A stretch of 13,503 nt of DNA from contig NW_021826148.1 of assembly GCF_006345805.1 (NCBI RefSeq), forward strand, positions 1 through 13,503, read 5' to 3'. The stretch comes from Octopus sinensis (taxonomy: Eukaryota). The translations under genes were made by a program, and so were the position numbers. The notes under the pieces are model-generated. The model ran no database searches, had not been told where the DNA came from, and saw nothing but the letters and a program-made list of their open reading frames with translations. Shown piece after piece: positions 1 to 8,319 of this stretch (position 1 is the stretch's first letter; every line of letters starts with the position of its first letter).

Positions 1-87
1 TATGCATATATATCATGTATCATGTATGTTTAAGCCAATGTAAACTATTTTTGTGTACTCATGCATACAGATATATGTATGTATATA

Positions 88-938
88 CAGGTGAAGTGAA
101 TAAATTGTTGTCTAAGTTATGCAAAAATGAAAATAACTACAGACATCACATTTTAACAGATATATTTACCAAAATTACATTAAAATATCTTGAAATACTA
201 AAGAATATATTTATTCAATAAAATCGCCAAATCGCCATTGGCTTCAACCATGGCCTCCAGATGACTTCGGAATCTCCTGCAACTCTTCTGGGCAGTCTCC
301 TTGTTTAAGTTTGAGAATTATGCCATAATCCTTGCCTTCAGTTCATCTTTGGTGTTACAAGGAGCTTTGTTGTTTTCTCGCTCAACTGCACCCCAAACAT
401 TATAATCAAAGGGATTGCAGTCTGGGGAGTTTGGTGACTAGATGTTAGGGGTGATGCGGTTTCAGAAATTGTCTGACAGCCATGACTGGGTTCTCCTGCT
501 TGTGTGACTTGATGCAGAGTCCTATTGCCAGACTTAGGGTCTTTCTGCAGCCACCCTCTTGACCCAGAGTAGCACTACCACTTCCAGGCACTTAATGTAG
601 GCCTCCTTGTTGAGTCTGGGGCCATGTGGGAAGATGACTGGAGGCATAATGTCAGCATTACTAGCGATCACTCCAAACACCATGATGTTGATTTGATATT
701 TGATTTCTATCACTCTCAGTACATGTTTCGGGATGCAGCAAGCCAATAATTGTTCTGTCACCCTGTTTGTATTGGAGCGTCTGGTGCAAAGGCCAAGCAA
801 TACAGCATGTCGTTTCTAAATTTTCTCATAGATGGTGCCCAACTGACCCTACTCCACTGTGTAGTCAGCAAAATGAAAAAACATGTACATGTGTGTAACT
901 AAAACATAGAATGATGACAATTTACCCATTGCACCCTG
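88..938 (-). mobile_element. Internally deleted Tc1/mariner-superfamily DNA transposon, DD37D (maT-like)
   Basis: TA on both flanks (86-87, 939-940). Degenerate ~26-bp TIRs: CAGG-TGAAGTGAATAAATTGTTGTC versus the reverse complement of the right end CAGGGTGCAATGGGTAAATTGTCATC. Transposase remnant lies on the minus strand. Confidence 0.85.
230..700 (-). pseudogene. Transposase C-terminal catalytic-domain pseudogene (DD37D spacing)
   Basis: Minus-strand translation continues in frame past ORF 534..800: MVFGVIAS...WQ*DSASSHTSRRTQSWLSDNF*NRITPNI*SPNSPDCNPFDYNVWGAVE. I count 37 codons between the second and third catalytic D. Several in-frame stops. Confidence 0.85.
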
Positions 939-970
939 TATATATGCATATATATATATATATATATATA
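939..970. repeat. (TA)n microsatellite
   Basis: Direct reading; lies between the maT element and the PLE inverted arm. Confidence 0.9.
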
Positions 971-1578
971 TTAATAAAAAAGATTCCAACCTTGTCTGAT
1001 TTTCACGTTTTATTTACAATCTTAATAATGATATATTATAAGATAATATATTATAATTGAATCAAATAAAATGAAATAGTAGAATGTTAATATTCATTCT
1101 GATTGAACTAGTACTTTCATGCATTGAATTCTGCAATCTTCGGGTTCATGTAGTAGTGTTGACAGTCATGCTTCACAATTTTTGACTGTAGCAAGATGAT
1201 TGATTCTGTGCTATAAATCAGCTGGGTAGGCTCCAGAGTGCTAGGTTTTGCAAACTGTATTCTGACCAATCAGTGTGTAGTATCACTCATTACTTAAGCT
1301 GATTGGTTGGTTGAGCTGATTGGTTTAGGCATCACGCTTTTGTTGGACATTTCAAGAGTCCTGTATCTTGACCCTGGCCGAAGCAGCAATTGTTGGGTTT
1401 TTTTAGAAATGCTGTAAATATCCTTGTCAGAGATTTTTATATTTTTATATTTCAATTGTCATCATCATCATTGTCAGCACCTAATATTGTTGCTATGGTG
1501 ATGGTTGTGGCAATAGAACTTTTAACCCTAATAAGATAATTTTCCTGCTATCTTCGTCTTGATCACCTTTAGTATTGT
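966..1578 (-). repeat. Left arm of ~610-bp inverted repeat (inverted copy of PLE 3' UTR/pLTR)
   Basis: ttaataaaaaagattccaaccttgtctgattttcacg...gatcacctttagtattgt is the reverse complement of 2198-2809; differences are mostly 1-nt indels. Confidence 0.95.
1104..1148 (-). ncRNA. Minimal type-I hammerhead ribozyme-like motif (variant core), copy in the inverted arm
   Basis: Exact reverse complement of 2628-2672. Confidence 0.6.
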
Positions 1579-2130
1579 CACCAGAATATCTTCAACATGC
1601 CAAAGCAAACCTACCATCATTGCCCAAAGTAATGAATTAAAAGACATATCACGGATCGAGCTATGGTGCTTAGTAAAAGACAGCCTAAAAAACTTGAAAA
1701 TTACTAACAAAGGCAAAATTTGACCTCAGCAACAAGACCAAACATTCACGGTATCTAAATGCAATGATAGCCGATGTGGCACATGCCATTCTACATACCG
1801 GTCAATATATAACACACAAAAACCGGAAAATATTCACAACGCGAATATGACTGCAAAAGCAGAAATTTAATTTTTATACTGCATCAAATGCCCAAATTGT
1901 GAAGAAATATATGTAGGTCGACGGGAAACGCACTATTAGAACGCTCACGTGTACACCGGCAACAGATTAGAGACCCAAGGTCCGTCAGATACCTTTGAGT
2001 AACCACCTAGCAACATGTGGTCGGAAATATATATAATATTTCCATTCTACAAATTACACAGCCCAAGAAATCGAGAGGAAAATCCGAGAAAAGAATTTTA
2101 TTGATAAATTCGAACCCAAGCTAATAAGCA
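1579..2130 (+). pseudogene. PLE ORF C-terminus: linker, Cys-rich motif and GIY-YIG endonuclease (frameshifted)
   Basis: Fragments across frames: KRQPK(N)L..LLTKAKF; SKCNDSRCGTC; YCIKCPNCEEIYVG; TGNALLERSRVHRQQIRDP; RKIREKNFIDKFEPKL. These fit the GIY/YIG, catalytic Arg, His and Glu motifs of PLE endonucleases. The Cys-rich linker suggests a Neptune-like clade. Confidence 0.85.
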
Positions 2131-2197
2131 ATAATAATAATAATAATACTTAGAGGTATTACTTCCACTGCTACGACCATGACCACTAACAACAACA

Positions 2198-2809
2198 ACA
2201 ATACTAAAGGTGATCAAACGAAGATAGCAGGAAAATTATCTTATTTAGGGTTAAAAGTTCTATTGCCACCACCATCACCACTAGCAACAATAATTAAGGT
2301 GCTGACAATGATGATGATGACAATTGAAATATAAAAATATAAAATCCTGACAAGGATATTTACAGCATTTCTAAAAATAACCCAACAATTGCTGCTTCGG
2401 CCAGGGTCAAGATACAGGACTCTTGACATGTCCAACAAAGCGTGATGCCTAAACCAATCAGCTCAACCAACCATCAGCTTAAGTAATTGAGTGATACTAC
2501 ACACTGTTGGTCAGAATACAGTTTGCAAAACTAGCACTCTGGAGCCTACCCAGCTGTATTTATAGCACAGAATCAATCATCTTGCTACAGTCAAAAATTG
2601 TGAAGCATGACTGTCAACACTACTACATGAACCCGAAGATTGCAGAATTCAATGCATGAAAGTACTAGTTCAATCAGAATGAATATTTAACATTCTACTA
2701 TTTCATTTTATTTTATTCAATTATAATATATTATCTTATAATATATCATTATAGATTGTAAATAAAACGTGAAAATCAGACAAGGTTGGAATTCTTTTTA
2801 TTAATATAT
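2198..2809 (+). repeat. Right arm of inverted repeat (PLE 3' UTR/pLTR)
   Basis: Follows the GIY-YIG remnant and a short (AAT)n/(AAC)n tract; reverse complement of 966-1578. Confidence 0.95.
2628..2672 (+). ncRNA. Minimal type-I hammerhead ribozyme-like motif (variant core CCGAAGA)
   Basis: TGAAC-CCGAAGA-T-TGCA-gaattcaa-TGCA-T-GAAA-GTAC-TA-GTTCA: stem I TGAAC/GTTCA, stem II TGCA/TGCA, palindromic stem III AGTACT, predicted cleavage triplet CUA. Confidence 0.6.
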
Positions 2810-2835
2810 TCTTCTATACACAATCACACACACCC

Positions 2836-2868
2836 ATATATATATATTCTATAATATATATATAATAT

Positions 2869-2901
<33 letters not shown>
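2836..2901. repeat. (TA)n-rich microsatellite
   Basis: Direct reading. Confidence 0.9.
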
Positions 2902-2907
<6 letters not shown>

Positions 2908-3109
2908 CCCAGTGTAAGCTATGGACACATAATTGGTACTTCAACATCACAGGAAGATTAACCAATAGATAGCTTTCATTTGGATGGTTTGCTGATTGCC
3001 ACAGACCAAATCTGTGGATGGTGCAAAATCCCTTTCAGACCCAGGGTAATGTGGTGGTGGAACAATACCATACATAGGGCCATTAGGGTAAAGAAACAGG
3101 CCTAGAAGG

Positions 3110-4423
3110 TCTGGAAGAAGAGTGTTGGTAGAAACTCCATACATTGTACCCAGTGCAAGCTTTGGATGCATAAGAGGTGTAGCAGTGTAACAAGAAGGTT
3201 AACAGAGAAAGTAGTCTTTGTGTGTGGCAAATGTGCAGGCACAATAAGCACCAAAACTACAATAGACTCTCTCAAATGCTTGGGGGAATCATTAGAAGTA
3301 GTAGATTGTATCTGTTACCTAGGAGACCAAATTATCAGCAGAGGAGGAAGTTCTGAAAATATAGCTGCTAGAATAAGAACAAACAGGGTAAATTTCAGAG
3401 AGCTTCTACCTTAGTTGGTAACTAAGGGCCTCTCCCTCAGATTGAAAGGCAGATAGTATTATGTCTGTGTACATGCAACTATGTTACATGACAGTAAAAC
3501 ATGGGCTTTGACTAAGGAGGATTTGTGAGGGCTTGAAAGAAATGAAGCTAGCATGTTCTACTGGATGGGTGATGTCAGTGTGCATGCACACAACTGAGTG
3601 TAAATAAGTTAAGATGAAAACTTGGAATAAGGGGCATCAGATGTTGTGTGCAAGAGAGAGATGACTGCTCTAGTTTAGTCATGTGATGCATATGGATGAG
3701 GACAGCTGCGTGAAGAAGTACCAAGCTCTAATTATGGAGGGTACTCACAACATAACGGCAGACGAAACATGGTCGTGCGAAATGCGTAGCCGTATTTCAT
3801 CTGCCTTTACGTTGTGAGTTCAAATTCCGCCGAGGTCGACTTTGCCTTTCATCCTTTCAGGGTCGATAAATTAAGTACCAGTTACACACTGGGGTCGATG
3901 TAATTGACTTAATCCGTTTGTCTGTCCTTGTTTGTCCCCTCTGTGTTTAGCCCCTTGTGGGCAATAAAGAAATATATGGAGGGTACCTGTGGAAGGAGTA
4001 GACCCAAGCAGATGAAGGATGAAGTGGTGAGAAAGGATCTCAGGACACTGGGCTTCACTGAAGAAATGATAAAGGACCAGGAGTTGTGGCGATTTGCTGT
4101 ATTTGATGAGATGCACCAAGCTTGGTAAAATCCCTGTCATCCATACATACGGGCTTGCCCCTTGCAGGTGCTAGGGGCCACATGAAATGCACTTGTGCTG
4201 GTGCTGCATAATCACACCCATTCCCACGGTACATAAGAAGCACCTAGCACACTCTGTAAAGTGGTTGGCTTTAGGAAGGGTATCCAGCTATAGAAACCAC
4301 ACCACAACAGACAATTGGATTGTGGACAGCTCCCTGGTTGGCCAGCTCCTTGTCAAACTGTTCAACCCATGCCAGCATGGAAAACAGATGGTAAACAATG
4401 ATGATGATGATGATGATGATGAT
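3110..4423 (+). mobile_element. 3' part of a degenerate RTE-clade-like non-LTR retrotransposon with (GAT)n tail
   Basis: Translates with stops to CTQCKLWMHKRC..CGKC (PHD-like), LEVVDCICYLGDQI..ARIR, MLHDSKTWAL, SHVMHMDED and MEGTCGRSRPK..DQELWR, which are RT thumb/C-terminal motifs typical of RTE LINEs. The 3' UTR ends in a GAT repeat at ~4400-4423. The 5' boundary is approximate. Confidence 0.8.
3745..3974 (+). mobile_element. 5'-truncated tRNA-derived SINE inserted in the LINE ORF, 12-bp TSD
   Basis: TATGGAGGGTAC is duplicated at 3733-3744 and 3975-3986. B-box-like GAGTTCAAATTCC at ~3816-3828. The LINE reading MEGT is interrupted and resumes after the insert. Confidence 0.9.
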
Positions 4424-4434
4424 ATATATATATA

Positions 4435-4608
4435 GGTGTAGGAGTGGCTGTGTGGTAAGTAGCTTGCTTACCAACCACATGGTTCTGGGTCCAGTCCCAC
4501 TGCGTGTCACCTTAGGCAAATGTCTTCCCACTATAGCCTCGGGCCGACCAAAGCCTTGTGAGTGGATTTGGTAGACAGAAACTGAAAGAAGTCCGTTTTA
4601 TATATGTA
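4435..4608 (+). mobile_element. tRNA-derived SINE, 5' half (split by Helitron)
   Basis: A-box-like TGGCTGTGTGG and B-box-like GGGTCCAGTCCC; colinear with the first half of the intact copy at 12047-12454. Confidence 0.9.
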
Positions 4609-4620
4609 CTAGCAGAATTG

Positions 4621-4636
4621 CCCGGCGTTGCTCGGG
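4621..4636 (-). other. Helitron 3' subterminal GC-rich hairpin
   Basis: CCCG-A-GC-AAC-GC-CGGG on the minus strand, 8 nt before the terminal CTAG. Confidence 0.85.
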
Positions 4637-4684
4637 GCTGAATTGCTTGAAAGTACTGTTAATGATTGCACTGAATTATGATGA

Positions 4685-5200
4685 TTATTCAGGCAAATAT
4701 TGATATAAGCTTACGGTGGGAGATAAGGACTTAACGATCAAACGTGTGCCATTGCATTGTTTTGGGGGAACCAAATTTCTGATGAGCATTATAGGAGCAC
4801 CAACTTTAAGTTTGAGAAAGTGTGGTGGTAGTCCGGGGTGCTCAAAGGAATTGAGTACCTCTATTGGATAGTTGATGGCGTCCTCTGGGTCAGAAGTTGT
4901 ATCGATAGACTGATATACATAGACTTCCCCAGGAATGAGTTTTAGCATTTCATCATTAATATGGTGAACAGTTTTATTCCTCGGGGCCAGTATAGCCTTT
5001 TTGCCAATCCAATCCATATTCTGATAATTAGCTTGTAGATCTGGGAACACTGCATCTCTGAGGTCAGAAGGCGTCTTAACAATGGTACAAATGGAATCGA
5101 TGGCAATATTACCATTTTCATCCCTGGTATTTTGCCTTCGCCAAGTGCAAGAGGGTGTGAGGAAATGCTGCTGATGTGATATTACGTTGCATATGAGCAC
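4685..5200 (-). pseudogene. Pif1-like helicase fragment of Helitron RepHel protein
   Basis: The ORF contains KAILAPRNKTVHHIN, YQSIDT, NYPIEVLNS and GLPPHFLKLKVGAPIMLIRNL..CNGTRLIV, the characteristic Helitron Pif1 helicase segment. There is no Rep domain or Walker A/B motif; homology covers roughly 4720-5125. Confidence 0.9.
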
Positions 5201-5459
5201 GCATATTGGTGGTGAAGTTTGAGAGTTACTTACTTCCGTTTATTTAAAAAAATATGGATTAAAATGGAAAAAAATGATGGTAAATATTTTTGTAAAATCA
5301 TAGACTCATCGTAGAACGCGCGCTAATACCCAGAAGGGCTCGATATGAATCACGACTATAAGATACCCAGTTTGGTTAAACTGCATCGCAAAATGTGGGA
5401 GTAGTTAGGAATCTAAATTGGAGTAGACAGACACACAATCTTTCTTTTATATATAAATA

Positions 5460-5964
5460 TTTTCGTCCTAAAAAACTTTGTATGGATTGAATGGTTACCT
5501 CTATGGAAATATATACACGCACATTATACATACATGTGTGTATAGATGAATATATAAATACATTTAAATATCTATATACACTTTGGGCAATCTTTTGTTT
5601 CTTAGAGATAACTTTAGATCTTATTTTCGTGCTAAAAACTTTGTATGGAGTGAATGGTTACCTCTATGGAAATATATACACACACGTTATACATACATGT
5701 GTGCATAGATGAATATATAAATACATTTATATATCTATATACACTTTTGGGCGATCTTTGTGCTACTTAGAGATAACTTTAGATCTTATTTTCTCCTAAA
5801 AACTTTGTGCGGAGTGAATGGTTACGTGTATGGAAATATATACACACACATTATACATACATCTGTGTATAGATGAATATATAATACATTTAAATATCTA
5901 TATACACATTGGGCGATCTTTCTGCTACTTGGATATAGGTCTTATATTCGTCCTAAAAAACTTT
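5460..5964. repeat. ~163-164-bp tandem repeat, about 3 copies, inside the Helitron
   Basis: ATGGTTAC(C/G)T(C/G)TATGGAAATATATACAC recurs at 5491, 5654 and 5818; a fourth partial unit start lies at ~5945-5964. Confidence 0.95.
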
Positions 5965-5969
5965 CCTGT

Positions 5970-6045
5970 CACACACTCACGCACACACACACACACGCAC
6001 CCTCACACACGCACACACACACACACACACTCACACACACGCACG
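5970..6045. repeat. Imperfect (CA)n microsatellite
   Basis: Direct reading. Confidence 0.9.
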
Positions 6046-6411
6046 TTAGCTTACAATTTTATTTATATATTTGCGTGTCTATGTGTGTAAAGTGGAAGTG
6101 GGAATGTAGAGTGAAATAGTCACTCACTACAGAAAGTGAATTAGTTTCACTTTATTCGTTGCACACTGTGTGTGTGCGTTTGTGTGTGCTGTATCCCACA
6201 CTAAGAGAAGCATTTGACTCATACACCTCAATGTGAGTTTTCTCTAAATTTTGCTTAATTGGGGTTGAAATTTTAAAAAGTGGACCTGTCACGACCCGAT
6301 GCATTCTACTCTTAAAAATGCTAGGTAAATTGTAATTGAAGAAATCCTATATTGTAGATTTCTATAAGATACAAAGGGAGGCAGATAAAATCTGCCTTTT
6401 ATAATAAGAGA

Positions 6412-6632
6412 TATATACATGTGTGTGTGTGTTTGAGTGTTTGTGCTTGTCCCCCCCAACATCGCTTGACAACCGATGCTGGTGTGTTTACGTCCCCGTA
6501 ACTTAGCGGTTCGGCAAAAGAACCGATAGAATAAGTACTAGGCTTACAACGAATAAGTCCTAGGGTCGATTTGCTCGACTAAAGGCAGTGCTCCAGCATG
6601 GCCACAGTCAAATGACTGAAACAAGTAAAAGA

Positions 6633-6635
<3 letters not shown>
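6412..6635 (+). mobile_element. tRNA-derived SINE, 3' half (continuation of 4435-4608)
   Basis: Colinear with ~12210-12445 (cttgacaaccgatgctggtgtgtttacgtccc...aaatgactgaaacaagt). Confidence 0.9.
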
Positions 6636-6638
<3 letters not shown>

Positions 6639-6677
<39 letters not shown>

Positions 6678-6681
6678 TATA
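6639..6681. repeat. (TA)n microsatellite
   Basis: Direct reading. Confidence 0.9.
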
Positions 6682-6787
6682 GTTCAAATTTACAGAGAAC
6701 AAAAGACAAAGACAGGTGAAAGAACAAGCAGGTGTGTTAGTTTAACACTTGGGAATAATGGAAAAATCTTCCATATTTTGAGCTTAT

Positions 6788-7155
6788 GGCTCTTCGCTCT
6801 TCGGCTCTTCGCTCTTCGGCTCTTCGCTCTTCGGCTCTTCGCTCTTCGGCTCTTCGCTCTTCGGCTCTTCGCTCTTCGGCTCTTCGCTCTTCGGCTCTTC
6901 GCTCTTCGGCTCTTCGCTCTTCGGCTCTTCGCTCTTCGGCTCTTCGCTCTTCGGCTCTTCGCTCTTCGGCTCTTCGCTCTTCGGCTCTTCGCTTCGCTCT
7001 CTCTTCGCTCTTCGCTCTTCGCTCTTCGGCTCTTCGCTCTTCGGCTCTTCGCTCTTCGGCTCTTCGCTCTTCGGCTCTTCGCTCTTCGCTCTTCGGCTCT
7101 TCGCTCTTCGGCTCTTCGCTCTTCGGCTCTTCGCTCTTCGGCTCTTCGCTCTTCG
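6788..7155. repeat. Minisatellite (GGCTCTTCGCTCTTC)n, about 24 units of 15 bp built from GCTCTTC heptamers
   Basis: Nearly perfect alternation of 8- and 7-bp subunits, with irregularities at ~6990-7020 and ~7085. Confidence 0.97.
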
Positions 7156-7219
7156 ACAGAAAGGATTAAGAGGAAAAAAAAATTGAGAGAGAAAAAAATG
7201 TGTAGGGCTTAATGGTTCA

Positions 7220-7228
7220 ACACACACA

Positions 7229-7260
<32 letters not shown>
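7220..7260. repeat. (CA)n microsatellite
   Basis: Direct reading. Confidence 0.9.
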
Positions 7261-7263
<3 letters not shown>

Positions 7264-7279
7264 AGGTATGGCAGTTCCT

Positions 7280-7497
7280 TTGTGTGTGTTTACCCCTACC
7301 ACTCCTTGATAGCTGGTGTTACTGTGATTATATCTCTGCAGCTTAGTGGTTCAACCAGAGCAACTGATAGAATAAGTACCAGGTTTTAAGGAAAACAAAG
7401 TACCTGGATCAATTCACCTGACTAAAATTCTTTGAAGGCAGTGCTCCAGCATGACCACAGTCTAATGACTGAAACAAGTAAAAGACAAAAGATAAAA
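7280..7497 (+). mobile_element. Diverged SINE 3' half, related to 6412-6635
   Basis: Shares gatagaataagtac and aaggcagtgctccagcatg.ccacagtc.aatgactgaaacaagtaaaaga with 6526-6632. Confidence 0.85.
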
Positions 7498-7830
7498 CAT
7501 ATATATGTGTTTATATATAATTATATGTGTGTATATATATATATTAGAAGAAATGAGGTACTCAGAAATTCGGATGGTTTTATATTTACAGATATTTATT
7601 TGTATATTACATGTTTTTGTACATCATATAACTTAGATCATGTATTCCTCCCATTCTAGTGGGGTTTTCAAATCGAACTAAGTTCCTGTGTAAAGAGTTT
7701 TGACCATTTTATAGTGTTATTGAGTGTGTAGTGGTGAGGAGGAATATAAGACAGTACAAGAGGGTGATGGATGAGGAAAAAGTGATATATATATATATAT
7801 ATGTATAATTATATGTGTGTGTGTATATAT

Positions 7831-8138
7831 CACACGTGATCACGTGACTGACCAGACCATCAGATGTTGTTACCATCGCTGGTCACAATGCGTTTGCATT
7901 GTTTTAGCCTTCGAATGACGCCACCCACGCCTGGCTAAGCGAGCAGGCCAACAAAGAAAGAGAGTGGGAGAAAGAGTTGTGAAAGAGTACAGCAGGGATC
8001 ACCATCCCCTGCCAGAGCCTCGTGGAGCTTTTAGGTGTTTTCGCTCAATAAATACACACAACGCCCGGTCTGGGAATCGAAACCGCGATCCTGCGACCGT
8101 GAGTCCGCTGCCCTAACCACTAGGCCATTGCGCCTCCA
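7831..8138 (-). mobile_element. Full-length tRNA-derived SINE (second family)
   Basis: Minus-strand head TGGAGGCGCAATGGCCTAGTGGTTAGGGCAGCGGACTC...GGTTTCGATTCCCAG with A and B boxes; colinear paralog at 10724-11026. Confidence 0.9.
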
Positions 8139-8207
8139 CGTGTGTATATATACACATGTATATACACACACATATGAATAAGAGTTCTTATAAGTGTATA
8201 TTAATAA

Positions 8208-8319
8208 AAATTTCAAATTTTGGCACAAAGCCAGCAATTTCGGGGTTGGGGGTAAGTCAGTTACATCAACCCCAGTGTTCAACTTGTTCCTGTTTTATTG
8301 ACACCGAAAAGATGAAAGA
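8208..8319 (-). mobile_element. SINE 3' fragment related to the 3745-3974 family
   Basis: Reverse complement ctttcatcttttcggtgtcaataaaa...cactggggttgatgtaactgactta aligns with 3846-3911. Confidence 0.75.

Larger units (their letters stand above)
966..2809 (+). mobile_element. 5'-truncated Penelope-like retroelement with an inverted upstream copy of its 3' terminal region (pLTR)
   Basis: Arms 966-1578 and 2198-2809 are near-identical reverse complements. The spacer encodes a GIY-YIG endonuclease remnant, each arm has a hammerhead motif, and (TA)-rich tracts flank both ends. Confidence 0.85.
4609..6411 (-). mobile_element. Non-autonomous Helitron (rolling-circle transposon)
   Basis: The minus strand begins A|TCTCTTATTATAAAAG (6411) and ends CCCGAGCAACGCCGGG-caattctg-CTAG|T (4609). 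This gives 5'-TC, a 3' hairpin plus CTAG, insertion between A and T, no TSD, and an internal Pif1 helicase fragment. Confidence 0.9.

Noticed and set aside
966-2809. DNA transposon with long TIRs
   Set aside because: The spacer encodes a GIY-YIG endonuclease rather than a DDE transposase, and the arms are the ORF's 3' UTR with an HHR motif.
4685-5200. Host PIF1 helicase gene
   Set aside because: Only an internal fragment, bounded by Helitron termini and lacking Walker motifs, so it is assigned to the transposon.
5491-6090. Duplicated small ORFs MVT(S/C)MEIYT
   Set aside because: By-products of the 164-bp tandem repeat; reading frames are not preserved between units.
6788-7155. CRISPR-like array
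   Set aside because: Contiguous tandem repeat without unique spacers; no cas genes; eukaryotic context.
6637-7302. Three overlapping long ORFs (LRLFA, EEPKS and SSALR repeats)
   Set aside because: They arise from a stop-free 15-bp minisatellite, begin in microsatellite or repeat sequence, and have no non-repetitive domain.
8060-8138. Genuine tRNA genes (also at 4435, ~10950-11026, 11049 and 12047)
   Set aside because: The tRNA-like heads continue into multi-copy SINE bodies and I could not see a proper acceptor stem or T-run terminator.
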